Below the pieces are notes generated by a model. That model worked only from the letters and a program-made list of their open reading frames with translations. It had not been told where the DNA came from and did not search any database. From Lama guanicoe (Eukaryota), in contig MU054391.1 of assembly GCA_013239625.1 (NCBI GenBank), positions 7,349,095 through 7,413,094 on the forward strand: 64,000 bases of DNA. The letters run 5' to 3'. Positions 23,304-37,617 of this stretch are shown in pieces. How positions within the stretch are numbered: the stretch's first letter is position 1; each line of letters begins with the position of its first letter. The translations under genes and the position numbers were made by a program.

Positions 23304-24699
23304 AACACACTGCCTTCCCTTTCCTGAGTCATGTCCTCATCTCCTTGATGGCACTCCTAGCATCTCTAAAATAACCTGTGTGCCCTTGAACCCTTGTCTC
23401 AGTTGCTTTGCATGCAGGAATCCACACTCTGTCCCCATCACTGGATTCACAATGCTGGGCACAAGGAGGACAGGATAAGGAAATGCTTGGAGAAGTCAGC
23501 CTGTGCTTTGGGAGAGGCTAGGGGCTGGGGTGGTGCAGATGCCTTCCTGGAGAAGGTGGGGTGAGCCACGTCTTAACAGAACGTGTAAACAGATTAGCAG
23601 GGTAGATGGTGGAGGGGAGTCTGTGTTGAGACTGGACAGTGCTGTTAGGGGCTTAGGGACAGCCTTGGTAGCTGCCCCCAAACCAGGTTTCAAAGGCTCT
23701 TGTGCACGTGATCATGTGAGTTAAGGCAAAGCCCATAGGCAGAAAAGGTAGGTGGAGCTACACTTCCCTTATAGGTGGAGACGTGCGACCACAGGTACCC
23801 AAATCCTGGGGGAATGGTGGAGGCTTCACTGGGACCCAGCTCTTTTGATCCTGGAGCCCGTGGTGTCTCACAGTGCCCCGTGGCTCTGGGACACCGAAAG
23901 AAGAGGTGTCATGAGGAGGAGTAGGTCAGAGGAGCCCAGTGGGTCCTGGGCACACATGCGCATGTAGGGAGGTTGGATGTTCTCTCTCTGGTTCGGTAAA
24001 AAAGATGTGGAGAAGTTAACTGAGGGACCCTAGGTCTTATATTTTAATCTACATTAGAACTGATTTCTGTGAGAAAAGCAGAACTGACTTTGACCATTTT
24101 GACTAAAAGCATCTTTCCTGAAACTGTGACCCGAATCAATGTGGGAGCTGTCTGCCCTTACTTCTAATTCTGATTTTGCAAGGAGGGCCCTGCCAGGAAA
24201 TTATCTTGGGGTTGGAGGTGAGGAAGGGGTTTTGAAAGAGAGAAAGAAACAAGATTTAAGGTCATGGCTGTTGGCGACCCAGGGTGCCCGAGGGTCTGTG
24301 CCGGTGGACAAAGGTCCTGGAGGAATAGTGTTAAATGGCTTGTGAGTTTCCCCTTGAAACCTCTCAACCTTTCTTCCAACACCCAGAAGACAGGACCAAA
24401 ATATGCTGTGTGTTATTTTGTTCTAAAGCTTCTTTTCTTTTTCTTTTCCTAACTTCTGTAAAAATAAAATAACTTTGAGATGACGGTCATTTGTGAAAAT
24501 GTAAGTCAACAAAATGGAATTTATAAACTTTAAGTGAAGCAAAATGTTTGGATTATCTTGTTTCAATTAAGATGCTGAGTTTTTGCCTTTCAAGAATGAG
24601 GATTCCGCTGTGTTCTGTACTGAAACACACTGCGTCCTGTGGTTAACTTTCCAACAAGGAGAAAATGGAAGGGAAGGGGAGGGTCCTGGAATGACAGGG

Positions 24700-24960
24700 G
24701 AGGAGGGTGTCGAGTGACGCAGTAGAATTAGCACAAGTTTCAAGTCAGAGAGGCCTGAATTCACATCCTGGATCTGTGCTCACTGACAGCGTGACATTGG
24801 GTAATTTACTTAACCTCTCTGAGCCTCCGTTTCCTTATCAGTAAAATGAATGGATTTACACCTACACATTTGTTTTCGGGGGATGATTAAATGAGATAAT
24901 GCATGTAGTTTAGCCTGCTGCAGAGGAAGCCCTCAGTAAATACCTATTGAATGAATAAAT
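24700..24960 (+). mobile_element. MIR SINE
   Basis: 'tttacttaacctctctgagcctccgtttccttatcagtaaaatg...gattaaatgagataatgcatgta'. Confidence 0.92.
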
Positions 24961-26739
24961 AATAACTCGAGAATATGATGATTCCTGACTGTCTGTGGAT
25001 CACACTCCGGTTTTCAGTGTACCTTTGAGAATCTCTTGTTACCTAGAATATTGTCATTCCATTGTGGCCTCCTAGACCTCATTTTCCAAGCAATTGATTT
25101 CAACTTCCTTAATTTTGCTGGCCTTTATTTTAGGAGTTGAGAGCAGTCCTTCCTCCCTCCTTCCTTCTTTCCTTCCCTCATTCATTTGAAAATGCATATT
25201 AAAGTTCTGTTACATTCCAGGCACTGGCTTGGGAGTAAAGGCCATGAGGTCAGGAAGACTTGGCCCCTGGAAAGTTCACAGTCTTGTGGAAGAGACACGA
25301 AGGAGGTTGCTCTGGGACTAGTAAGGAGGTTAGGATGGCCAGAGCATGGATGCCAGGCGGGCCCCGGGGAGGTGAGAACTCAGAGGCCAGAAGGGACCAG
25401 ACTGCACAGATGTCACATGCCTGTACGCAGCGTTTGGATTTCACTCTGCCGGCAAGCGGGAGGGAGTGCAGAGTGTAAAACTGGCCAAAGGCATGTGTTA
25501 GATTCCATAAGGGAATAGACCTGAGTGGGTGGTGATGTCAGGCAGCTCGGTCAAGAGGCTATTTTAAAATCCAGCTGAGTGATGAGGAGGGTCAGAACTT
25601 AGAGACGATGCAGGTGGCGGGAAGAGACGGCTGGGGACAGCTCCAACAAGAAATGGTGGGGGAGGAGGTGGGGAATGAGGAAGGGTTGGAACATGGAAGT
25701 TAGAATGAGAAAGCTGGGGGCGAGGGAGCCCTTTCCTCATTTCCTCTAAAGCAGAAGCTCCTCTCCATGTACAAGTGATTGTCTTACCCCGAGAATGACC
25801 TAAGAACTGCCTGATTTCACAACTGGGCATTCCAGGCCTGCTTTAAACATGTGTTGAATGAACGGAGCTGGAAATGGCACTCCTGCAGGAAGCCAAGATC
25901 AGGGCTGGACCGCTACTTTGGCCCCGTCTTATTGCTCATCATCTTCTCAGTTGTAGCCTTCGTAACCAGTCCTATGCTTTGCCCCTCAAGGTTGTCTTCA
26001 GGGTCTCCTCCTGGGGCCCCTGTGCCCTGGCCGTGAGCCCAGAGAGGGTGAACATGGCAGGGCAGCTCCCAGCTCCCCTGCCCCCAGCATCTCTCCTCCA
26101 CAGCAGACCATGGTCTGGGTCTTGTTATTTCAGTGCAGAATCGTGGCAGCCTGGGCACTGCATCAACTCAGCTGGCCGGCTGGGGCCCCGGGTCTGTTTG
26201 GGTTGGAAACTGCAAGTTGTCCTTTTTGCAAAGTAGGATGATCCGAAGCTTCTTTCCTAGGCCGACCCAGGCTCAGCTCATAGGCCTGTGGCCCATTTGT
26301 CTCTGAGCAGAAGGGAGGAGCCATAGCAGGATTCCAAGTCCAAGCTGGGTTCTTTAGTTTCACAACTGAATGCACACAGCATCTCCAACTCAACAAATAC
26401 TCTCTAATCGGCGATTGAAAAATTCATCCACTCAGGTTCCTTGCCAGCAGTGTCACACAGCACCGTGTACTAAAGAACACTTTTTCCAGCCCAGGGAAAA
26501 CCTGGGTTTGACTTCTGGTTCTGCCACACATGACTGCTGGGGAGGCCTTGTGGATTTGTTAGAACCTCTGTGCCTCGGTAGTCACAGGGCACCACGGGAC
26601 AGTTGTGGCTCTTCCATGGATGAGAATGCGCCTTTCCCTGTGTTTGACTTAGTTCATCCTCACACCCAAAGGGCGTTTACCTCCTGTCCTCTAACTTGTC
26701 CAAACTCCAGCTTCGTAACAACAGTTTAATGATTCACCT

Positions 26740-27360
26740 TCTTATTTAAGTCAAGTTTCTTGAGGCACAATTTATATTTAGTAAATTTCTGCCTTTTTGG
26801 GTGTACAGTTCTATAAATTTTGAAAAAAACGCGTACTGTTTTGTAATCACCCCCATGGTCAAGATACAGAACATTTCCATCATTCTAGTGTTCCCTCATC
26901 CCTCCTTTGTAGTCAATACCTTCTTCCACCTGCAGCCCCGAGCACCCATTGATCTGTTTCTATGCCTATAGGTTTGCTTTTTCCAGAGTGTTGTATAAAT
27001 GAAATCAGACAGCGGGATGTAGCTTGGATCTGGCTTTCACGTAGCCTAATGTGTTTGAGAGTCGTCGATGTTGCTGTTTGTATCAGTACTTTATTCCTAT
27101 TGCTGCGTATTATCCCTTTGCGTGGATGGACCACGGTTGGTTTATCCACTCACCCACTGATGATGTTTGAGTTGGTCCCAGTTTCTGAAGACCATGAGTA
27201 AAGTTGCCACAAATACTTGCACACAGGTTTTTGTGTGGACATATGTCTTCATTTGTCTTGGACAGTTACCTAGGTGTGGGATTGGTGGGTCTTATGGTAA
27301 GTCTGTGCTTAAGTGTATAAGAAACTGCCAAACTCTTTTTTAAAATGGCTGTGTCATTTT
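26740..27360 (-). mobile_element. Old L1 (L1MB/ME) 3' region
   Basis: 'gtgtacagttctataaatttt...ggtcaagatacagaacatttcca...agaaactgccaaact'. Confidence 0.85.
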
Positions 27361-27369
27361 AATGACTCA

Positions 27370-28110
27370 CTGTTTGGAAAATTAAACTTTCGTTTTGAGA
27401 TGATTGTAGATTTCCATACAGTTGTAAGAAATAGTAGGGAGAGATCCTGAGAGCCCAGGTATCTGTGCTCAGTTTTCCCCGGTGATAACATCTCCCAGAA
27501 CCATAGGACAGTGTCACAGCCTGGATACTGAGGTTGTCATGGTCAAGGTGCAGAACATTCCCACCACCAGCAGGGTTCATTATACGGCTCTTTTACGGCC
27601 CCTCCTTAGTTTCTGGCAATCCAGCAATCAGTTGTCCATTTCTATAATTTTATCATTTCAAGAATGTGATAGAAATCAAGAATGTGAGTGAAAATCACAC
27701 AGTCTGTAACCTTTTGGGACTGGAATTTTTCACTCAGTACAATTCCCCTGGAGAATCATCAGGTTGTTCCATGTATCGATAGTGGTCCCATTTTATTTCT
27801 GAGTGATTTTTCCATGATATGGGTATATCCCAGTGTGTTTAACCAGTAACCATCAAAAGATACCCGTGTTGTGTGTTATTTCCAGTTTTAGGCAACTACA
27901 AATGAAGTTGCTATAAGTTTTCATGGACAGAATTTTGTATGAGCATGTTTTCTTCCTCTAAACATCCAGAGGCAATCGATGGGTCAGATGGTAGTTGCAT
28001 ATTCAGTTTTATAGGAAACTGCAAACCATTTTCCAGCCTGGTTGCACCATTTTTATATTCCCACCAGCAATGGATGAAAGATTCAGCTTTCCACATCCTC
28101 ATCAGCTCTT
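27370..28110 (-). mobile_element. L1MC-like 3' region
   Basis: 'ttttgagatgattgtagatttccatacagttgtaagaaatag...ataacatc...ttatattcccaccagcaa'. Confidence 0.85.
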
Positions 28111-30129
28111 TATTTCTTCAATTTTTCATGGAGATTTATTTTCCCCAAAGGGATCAACAATATGCCCTTGAATTTGTAAGTTTTACAATTTAAACTATCA
28201 TTTCTGTAAGCAATTCTTTATGTAGCTCAGTGTCCCTTAGGTGAGGAGCTGTCTGAAGTTAGACCAAACAAAGATAAAAGTTTGTGTTCCCTGTAAACTG
28301 GCAAGTTTGATTTGACATCCAGAGCTGTACAAAGCATACTATTTCCCTTTTTGACTTGGCTGCTAGGATGTTCAGTACCAAGTGTTATGTTCATTGTCAG
28401 GGTCTTGCATTAACCTCTTTTCATTGCTTGTTCATGTCCTTTTTATTACGCTGCAAATAATTCATTGCCTAAGCTGTCCCAGAGCATCCCTTCCTCGCGT
28501 CCCTATGAGCACTTAGCTTGGTCTATCACTGTGTTCGCAAAAGTGAGTTATAACCGTGTTCATGGAACTGCTCACCCACTGTATGAAGAACACCTCTGGG
28601 ATAATGCCCTGAGCTCTCACTGCTCTATCCCCTCTAAAGATAAATGTTTGTGCATTCATTCATTAGATATTTAAGGAGCATTTGTGTGGATTTTATATAG
28701 GTTTTGGCTTTGCAAAGTCATAGTCCAGAAGGAAAAGTGAAGCTCTGACTCTGAATAATTATTAAACCAGGCAAAATGTATTGAGTAATTTAAAGGAATT
28801 AAGGTGCTTAAGGAGTTAGAGATGAGAGAAATGGTGTCTACAGTAGAGATATGGAAGGCTTATTTGAATAGTTTTATGAATTTTTAATAATTAATGTCTT
28901 CAGCATCAGCTGTTTAAATCCTTTCAGGGACTAGGTGGAACTGTATAAGGTACTGTTACCTCCGAGGGAGGTGCCATGGGGAAAGCAGTCTGTGGGTTAT
29001 TTGGGGAAGTCTGGTGCTGGGGCTCTCTCTGCCTGTCAGTAAAGGCAGAGCTGAGGATGTCACTGGGTTGGGGGGAGGCAGCAGGGGAGAGCATTGCCTG
29101 TCTCAGGAAAAGCCATCTAAAGCTGAGTGCCAAAAAGACTATGATTTGGAGAGAAATGAAGGCACATCTTTCTGGGATGACTGAAGGGCCCAGGAACTTT
29201 ATAGAGAGTTCAAAAGTTAGAAGCGAGAGGAGTTAATGGCCCTGGGGCAGCACAGTTGGAGTGTGGAGAACGGCCTGCCCTTTGGGGGTCCCGAGGAGAC
29301 CCAGACGAATGGAGCTGCCTGATGGCAAAGCCTCTGCTTGTTCTCATGACCACAGGCGGGCCAAGAACAATGAAGGCCAAACGCCCATGACCTCAGAGAA
29401 GCCCAAGGGACCCTGGACCCTCCACAACTGGTGTCTGATGGCTGACCCAAGCATTGCTATTATTATTATTGTTATTATTATTATTTTTACAGCTAACCCC
29501 CTAAAGCAAACAAATGCAGAAGTGAAAGAAAGGCTTCTTATAGAGCAAAGGGGGCCATGGGTCTGGTGGATAAAAAATTGTTCTCATGACAAAGCTGTTG
29601 GTTGCCTGTGGCTGTTTTCCTGGGAATATTTTGACAGCTGCTGGCCAGGCTGGTTCCATACCGGGGACATGGGTGGGTATGTTGTCCACTGCTCACTGAG
29701 CTACGAAAAATGGGAGAAGTTCCTCTCTTAACTGTCTTAAAGACTGGCGGTGCCTCTCCTGAGCGTTTGTTTTGTCTTTTAGACTCTCCGATCGTATTTC
29801 TCTCTTTGCACTGACTGCTAGAAATTCAAGGTTGAATTTGTGACCCAAATCTTGTAAAGGTGCAGCGCTTCATGACATCAGAGTGAAGGGCAGTGACAGC
29901 TTCAAGTCTTGCCTTTATTTTCTCACTTTCATTTCCTTCTTTGCAACCTGCTGTGTGCTGCTTTTCTTTAACCCTTGAATTTTTTTGGTAATAAACGTGA
30001 ATGCAAAACCGAGGAAGTAGTTCCTGGGCTTGATTTACACTGAGCTGATTCCCGAAGTTTGATCTCCGCTCCGGAAAAAAATGGGTCCCAGAGGACGTCG
30101 TAATTACAGTCATGGTGATTCCTAACATT

Positions 30130-31393
30130 AATAGAGAACTTACTGAATTTCAGTTTTTGCTAAACTTTGTACCAATATGAACTCAGTGCTTTTACATTGC
30201 CAGATGCCATTATTGTCCCCATCTTACAGGCAACTAGACAGACACAGAGAAGTGAAGTGACTTGCCCAAAGTCTCACAGCGCATAAAAGACAGAACCAGG
30301 GTTTGAATTTAGGAAGACTTATCTTTCTTGAAGAAACCTACTTCATCATCTACACATTGTTATTAAAAAATTCCTTGAAAGCGCTGAAATGTAACTAAGC
30401 TTGGTACTCAGTTACCCCAATTTTGTCACTTAACATCTGTGTGACTTTGTGTAAATTCTTAATGTTATTTGAAAATGGAGCTGATGGCATCGATCTCCTG
30501 GGTTGATCTGAGGATTTAATGAGATAATCTTGGTTAAATCTGGCATGTAAAATAGTTACAGTACCAGCTGACACTAATTAAGTGATGGCCAAGAGAACAC
30601 TGGATAGTGGAGCCTAGATCTAGTCCCAACTCCAATTCCTGCCCATAAAATAGGGTATGATCTTTCCACAAACTTAAATAAGATCAGAGACGTGAACTGG
30701 TTTTGTAAGTGATGGATGGTGGGATCATGTCCAACGTCGTCAGGCTAATGAGGAAGTTGGACCTGCAGATCTCCAAAGTCCTTCCCAAGCAGGTGACAGG
30801 GGACAAATGCTTCCACTGATTTTCTTCAGTTTTTTTTTTAACTGAGTATAAGCTGTTACAGGTAACATGGGATGGTTTATGCTGCTGCTGGAATTGGTCT
30901 TGGCCAGAATTCAGTGCAGGATTCTATTTATTCAGGTCCTATTTGGATAAGTGGGCTTCTCTGAATGTCCTGCCTACAGCTCAGAACTCATCATGTCTAA
31001 ACACAAACTTACTTTATTTCACTTCAAATCTGATCTTTCCTAGAGTTTCCTCTCATTTCATGGCAGCACCATCTACCATGTTGCCCAGAGAGAAATCTAG
31101 AGTCATCATTTGATTCAGGATCTACCTTGCCTCCATCCTCAGGCACAGGCCCACCCAACTATCAGTTCTGCTAAATCTGCCACGTAGCTTTTTCTGCAAC
31201 AGGGCCCCATTTCTCCATCCCCTCTGCCGGTGCGGTGCCTTACACAGGAACTCTTTTCTAACGCTTCAGCTCTAGTCCTAAAAGATGGTTTCTGTTGTCA
31301 TGATGATGATCATTATCCTTATACCCAACATTTATGCCCACTTGCTTTATGAGACATCACATGTATAAGTATGTATGCGTGTGTGTGTATATA

Positions 31394-31430
<37 letters not shown>

Positions 31431-31900
31431 TTCATTTAACTAAAAAAAACCCACTTACATAGCACTTACTCTGTGCCAAATATTTAATTTTAAAATATTT
31501 AATATTTAAAAGTTATTTAAACGATTTAAGGACATTATACATATTAATCTTCGTAACAGCCCAATAAAGTAGGTAGTATTATCTCCATTTCGCAGACGAG
31601 AAAACTGAGACAGAGAGATTAAGCAACTTGCCCAAGGTTACACAGACAGACACTGGCAGAGCTCAGACTTGGACCTGAGAAGTCTGGCTGCGGAGTTGCT
31701 GCGCCAGTACGTTGTGAAGAGTTATAACAATAGCTGCTAATCTAAACCAGGCACCTTTCCTACCTTAATAGAAAACTCAACAGCTCTGTGAAGCAGGTAT
31801 TATCCACATTTCCCAGATAAGGACGCAGGTTTAAGGACCTTAAGGAGAGAGTCCAAGTCACACGAACAGGAACTGAGGGCAGAGGCGAGACCCCTGTCCT
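30130..31900. mobile_element. MIR/MIR3/L2 cluster
   Basis: MIR cores at about 30200-30310, 30400-30560, 31550-31690 and 31780-31870; L2 at about 30960-31250. Confidence 0.75.
31375..31430 (+). repeat. (TG)n(TA)n microsatellite
   Basis: Directly visible. Confidence 0.95.
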
Positions 31901-33544
31901 GTCCCCAGGGTGTGGATGGTCACGGCAGAGCAGAGCGTGGGTGCCATGTGCCGCCCTGTTTCACTTCCTGGATTTGACCCCAGTGTAGCTGATTCTTAAA
32001 AGCAAAGCAAACAAAAAACAAAAACAAAAAGCTCATTGAATTCCAGATGTCATTGAATCCTAGAATTCAGAGAGGAGAAGGACTTCTTGTTGTGGACCTT
32101 CTCACGTAGGAGAAACATCCCAGGTCCATGGAGCTTAAGAGACACTCCCCAAATCCCAGATTCAGGATATTAGCATCAGTCTGGATCCCCATGTCTTCCA
32201 AATTTAAACTGAAAGGGGATAACGGAGTTTTTTCTCTTTTCCCATCAAAATCCAAAGACATGAAAGAAGAGAGATTCACAGTAGCAAGAATCAGCCATCA
32301 TTCTCTCTCCCCGCCCTTCATCTTTTTCCTTTAAAAATTCCTGTAATCGGTTACAAATTCTCACATCACCTCTTCATTCTTATCAGGTTTTTGCAGTTGG
32401 GAGATAAAGACCCACAATATCTTCAAATCAAGCAGGCAGTTGCAGTGACGAATCTTTCCTTCCTAATTTAAGCTGAAACCACAAGGTGGGCCCCACGTTA
32501 TAACCAGTGATGGAAAAGGGGAAAACCAGAGATAATTAACCCTGTATGAGAGCCTCCAACTCGGCCCCTGTGGCTCACCCAGGCCCTCCCCCCTGACCTA
32601 CTTTCTCTGGCCACCAAAAGAGGCGAGATGCTATGCAGAGATACTGTAAAGCAGGACCTGATAGCATCTTGTCTGTTCCCACCAGATAAGCATTCCCAAG
32701 CCTGCCTCTGTCACTCACTGCTTAGGAGGCCAAGGTGCTGCCGTAATCATTTGAAACAATAGCCTACTATTAGCTGCTGGAACGCCTGTGCTCCCTCCGT
32801 CCCTGCATAGTTCAGGGTTTCTTGGTCTGGGTTGAAAGGCTGACATTCATGGTAATGAATAGGACATTTTAAATCACTAGTCTATATCCCACAGGCATTC
32901 TGCCCAGGGACAATTGAGGGGAGCAAGAAGAATGATAATAAGGGAACCCAAGACTTCATTCTTACAAACTAAGAATGCTGCTGCTGGTTACAGGGAAAAC
33001 AGTCTGACGTGTGTTGTTATTAATCCTCTGCCCATGCATCTGGGACGAGGACAGAGATGCTAAAATTCGAGCCAGACTGCTCTGGCTCCCTTTGGAAACT
33101 GCTGGATTCAATCTTCAGAAATAACAAAGCACCAGTTCCTTTGTTTATTTTCCAGAGTAAAATACTAATTCATGTAAATGAATCATTGAAGTAGGTCTTT
33201 AGACAACTTCTCATTTTCTTAATGATTTCCATTTTCTGGAAACCCAAGAGCACGTTTCTAAAGATGTTAATCATCCAGATTTTTTTCATGTGTGTTTGGT
33301 GCTGGACCCACACTCCTTCTACTTCTCTTAATGGTTCTTATTCTCTCTTGCTTCTCTGTCTTTGAATTTGATTTCCTCCTTCACCTGACCAATTCTTACC
33401 AATCTTTCAAGATGTACCACAAAACAAAAAAATTTTTTTTAAATTGTAAACCTTCCAACTTCAAGATTATTTTTGAAATGGGAGAATTTATTTCCAACTC
33501 AAAGGAGTTCCATTTTTCCGTGAGATAAGAAACTTGAACTTGTT

Positions 33545-34340
33545 TTTTTTTAATTGATGAATAACACATGCAGTAAACTGTGTAGCAATTTTCTTAAGTA
33601 GATCTTGATAATATTTTATATACATCTGTTTAAGTTTAACAAACACACGGATTGAAATGAAGAATATTTCTGGGACCCATGAAGATTCTTTTCTGTTCCT
33701 TCATCATCAATACTCCACCCCTGATATCAGCACGTTTTGACTTCTATCACCATCAATCGGGTTTTCCCACTCTTGCACTTTATATAAATACAGAATGCAA
33801 TTTTTAGTGGCTTTTGGCTTCTTTTGCTCAAAGTAATTTTTTTTAGATTCATCCATGTTATGTGGGCATCAGTGGTTGGTTATTTTTTATTGCTGTGTAG
33901 TATTCCATTATTTGACTGTACCACAATTTATGTAGCTGCTCTATCTTCTGCTGATAATTGTTTGCTCCCAGCTTTTGGCAATTGTGAATACACCTGCTAT
34001 AAATAATCTGGTCCATATTTTTTGATGGACAAATGTACTTACTTCTCTTGGGGATAAAACTGTAAGTGTGATTGGTGATTTATAGTGTAGGTCTATGTTT
34101 AGGTTTAGTAGATATGAATAATTATCCAATGTGTTTGTACCCATTTATATGCCTAATATTTGAGATTTTCGGTTGTACTACATCTTCACCAAAACTTAGC
34201 ATGACAGTATCTTTTGTTAATTTCAGTTTTTTTTTTTTTTAGATGAGTGTTGGTATCTTTTCATTTGCCTAATAGAAACTTGGGCATCCAATTTTGCCTG
34301 TTTAGTAGATCTTTTCCTCTTTTAAAAAATAGAATCTTTT
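33545..34340 (-). mobile_element. L1ME-like 3' region
   Basis: 'gacttctatcaccatc...ttagattcatccatgtt...attgctgtgtagtattccatt'. Confidence 0.8.
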
Positions 34341-34939
34341 GACTTTTTCTTGTTGGGCACATCATTTCAACAGACACTTCACAAAAGAAATTATGTAGCG
34401 CCAATAAACCCTTGAAAACATGGCTTTTGTTTAATCAGCCTCAAGAAATAAAACAAAGATAAGATCTGTCTCAAGTAGGTCTTTGCCACAGATAGCCATT
34501 GGCCTCGTTCTCTATTTACCAACATTGCTATTGAAATTCTTTATGAGCTACAGCTGGAGAATAGGTAGGCCTGAGCAGGTCTCAGCCCAATTCTCAGATT
34601 CTAGAAAACTCTCTCACCTGGCATGTCTCTGCTCTGCATCTCCCTCCAAGTCTACCGTGTGGTTGTCCTTGTATTTGCAACTGTTAGACATTATGATGTA
34701 AAATTGCCATTTTCAGGAGGTAGGGCTCTGCTTCTTTTGATTCCTACTTATAGGGGTTTCTTGTATAATTAAGTAGGAAAAATATATTCAGGAGGTTTGC
34801 CTGAGATGGAGGGAAAGGTTGTTTGGCTCTGGAGAGCGGGGAAGAGGATCAGAAGAGAGAGGAGGACGACTGCGCTCTTAGAGGTTTTTCAAAAGCACTT
34901 TAAGGTGATGATATCCACTAGTGCATTTTAAAATGCTGA

Positions 34940-35313
34940 TGTGGTAGATTGCATTACTGCTCATCTATATTTGGTGCCACTTCCTGTGGGAGGATTATAT
35001 ATCCCCACACTCTCAGAACTCAGGCTTGGCCATGGGAGTTGCGTTGGTCAATAAATCGTGAGTGAAATTGATGTGCGTCATTTCCCAAGCAAAAGCTTTA
35101 AGAGGCAGTGAGTGATTCCCCCTTCCGTGATGACTGGCTGTGCTCCAGGCAGCAAATGCTCTGTGAGCCTCCGTCCACAAAGAAGAAAATGGGAGCAGAG
35201 CCAGAGCCAACTGTGATGAACATGTAGGGTAAATAGACAGTAAAACTTTATTATTGGAAGCCACTAAGAATTGGGGGGGTCATCTGTTAATTTAATCTTA
35301 CCTGATTGATTCA
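34940..35313 (+). mobile_element. MaLR solo LTR, MLT1H/I/J-like
   Basis: TG...CA ends; 'tcaggcttggccatg', 'gctttaagaggcagtg' and 'aagccactaagaattggggg'. Confidence 0.85.
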
Positions 35314-35809
35314 GCGTTGTTCCGTTTTATAAGTTCTCCTTTATTCTCTATACCTCCAACCAAGTGAATCTCTAGCAAAGTCTGCACAGCTCACAGGTGA
35401 GTAGTTTTTGTTGTTGAATCAAGGAAGGAGGTGCACTCTGGGTCGGGGTTGTCGCATTGCTGAGATAACAACTGCTGAGCCAGGAGAAGAAAGGCTAGAG
35501 AATGCTCGCAGCCCTGGAGTGCACAGGAATGGGAGGCAGTGCCTTGGCATTCCCACGTCGTGGAGGGGGAGGCTGAATCAGCTTTAACCAGATATTCAAA
35601 AAGCAAGGGGCTCCCATCTGATATCCGGGTTGTCTTTGATGGAACTGACCTGTAAGACACATGTGCCAGTGCTGCTCTACATAAGCTCCCTGTCTAGTTA
35701 TTGTTTCAATGACCCCCAAATCTAGTGGCTTCCAATAATAAAGTTTTACTGTGTATTCACCCTACACGGTCATTTCCCAAGCAAAAGACATCCCTCTTTT
35801 AGCATCCTG

Positions 35810-36310
35810 TTGCTCCCAGGGCCATGCCTACAAAGGCTTTATGTGATCTGGCTTCAACCTGTGTTGCTAATCTCCATCTTGCCCAGCTCTCCCCTGAACT
35901 CCTTGCCCTCTAGACACACTGGTCATTACCATTGTTGAAAGTTCATGCCTACCCAGAGTCTTGGTGTCAGTGTTCCTTCTGTCTGGAACATTCCTTCCCT
36001 GGCTGCTTCCTCATATCACCTCAGTCTCTGGGCTCAGCTTTGAAGACCTCCTCAGAGAGGTCTCCCATGGCCAGGACCTCCCCAGTCTTACTCCATAACC
36101 TCACTCTGTTTTATTCCTTCATAGAATTTACCTACATTTAAACTGTATTGGTTATTTTTAACTTGACTAGTGCTATTCTCCCCCCCCCCAGCCCCATGAG
36201 AAATATAGGCTATTGAAAGACAGAAACATCATCTTGCCCGTTGATCACTAAGCCCAGCTTAGAATACCGCTGGCACGTAAAAGGTACTTAATAAACACTT
36301 TTAGGAAGAA
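35810..36310 (+). mobile_element. L2 3' region
   Basis: 'gttccttctgtctggaacattccttccc...acctcctcagagaggtctccc...ggtacttaataaacactt'. Confidence 0.85.
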
Positions 36311-36423
36311 TAAATTGGCTGGTTGTGAAAGTGTATTTTTTTCTAATGACATAAAGTGGAACTTTGTCTCATGCACCAGAGGTCACAGTAGCATTTGTCA
36401 GCAGCCTTAGCGGAGCTGGCATT

Positions 36424-36847
36424 TGTGGTAGGAAGAACAGTGGCTCCCCAAAGATGTTCACGACCTTCTCCCCGGAATCCATGAATGTTACCTTCCATGG
36501 AAGAGGGGCTTCATAGATGTGATTCTGTTAATGATCTGGAGATGCGGAGTTTATCCTGGATTATCTGGTGAGCCCAGTGTAATCACGAGGGTCCTTACGT
36601 GATCATGGAAGCAGAGATCTGAGTGATGCAACCAGGGGCCAAGGAATGCAGGTGGCCTCTAGACGATGGAAGAGGCAAGGAATAGATTCTCCCCTGGAGC
36701 CTCCAGAAGAAAAGCAGTTCTTGGTTGTAGCCACATGAGGCCCATTTCAGATTTCTGACCTCCAGAATTGCAAGGTAGTAAATTTGTGTTGCTTTAAAGC
36801 ATTAAGTTTGTGGGAATTCATTACAGTAGCAATGGGAAGCTAATATA
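36424..36847 (+). mobile_element. MaLR solo LTR, MLT1C/D-like
   Basis: 'tgtggtagg...ccaaggaatgcaggtggcctctaga...gattctcccctggagcctccagaa...gcaatgggaagctaata'. Confidence 0.92.
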
Positions 36848-37617
36848 ACAATGACAGCATTTTTCATGGCCATCAGCAATGTTTGAGACTCCCGGGGAAT
36901 CAGACACCCGGCCCCACTGGCAGCAGGAGCAGGAGGGAAAGAGATTAGGATAGCATGTGATGACTCCACGAGTGATCAGGGCCACTTCTGTTTCATCCAC
37001 CACTGCACACCCATCTTCTGACACGCGTACAGCATGTAGTAGATGCACAATAATTAGCTCTTGAAAAAACAGGTGTGACATCTCCTGTAGGTTTCCCAGA
37101 ATATTTAGAAGAGATGTTGAAGAGGGTTTAAAATTCCCAAAACAGCAGGTGGGACAAACAGAGCAGGCCCTTAGCTGTTATAGTGGGTCCGTCCTGAGAA
37201 ATTTCTCAAATCTCTAAATTCATAGATAAGAAAATGGTAGACCAGATAGCTGACTTTATCCTCCGTCACATTTCAAGCAATAAGGAACTATTTCCCAATG
37301 CATATCTTTGTATGAGAAATCTTTTATATTTTATTAATGCCAGATTTTTTCACGGGAGATCTAGTTTCCTCACAGAAGCATTTTCTCCATCACACAATTT
37401 GCTATTGGACACAGGGGTGGATGGCAAATCTTAAAGCCCCATGGACATGTGGCAGCTGGGGAGTCAGCCTGGCTCACCTGCCACTGGCAGGTGTACAGTT
37501 TGGATGATGCTCAAATGACTACTCCTTATGAATTTTTGGACTTTTTTGGAAATAGAAGAAATTATGACATTAAATCATGAGTCTATGTCACTAATTTATT
37601 ATCATGAGCCTACTTTT

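Noticed and set aside
29261..29731. 156-aa ORF with a hydrophobic IIIIVIIII stretch
   Set aside because: The hydrophobic run comes from an (ATT)n simple repeat.
35365..35402. Perfect donor CAG|gtgagt with a possible 21- or 32-nt exon
   Set aside because: The acceptor is ambiguous and an isolated donor match is expected by chance in 64 kb.
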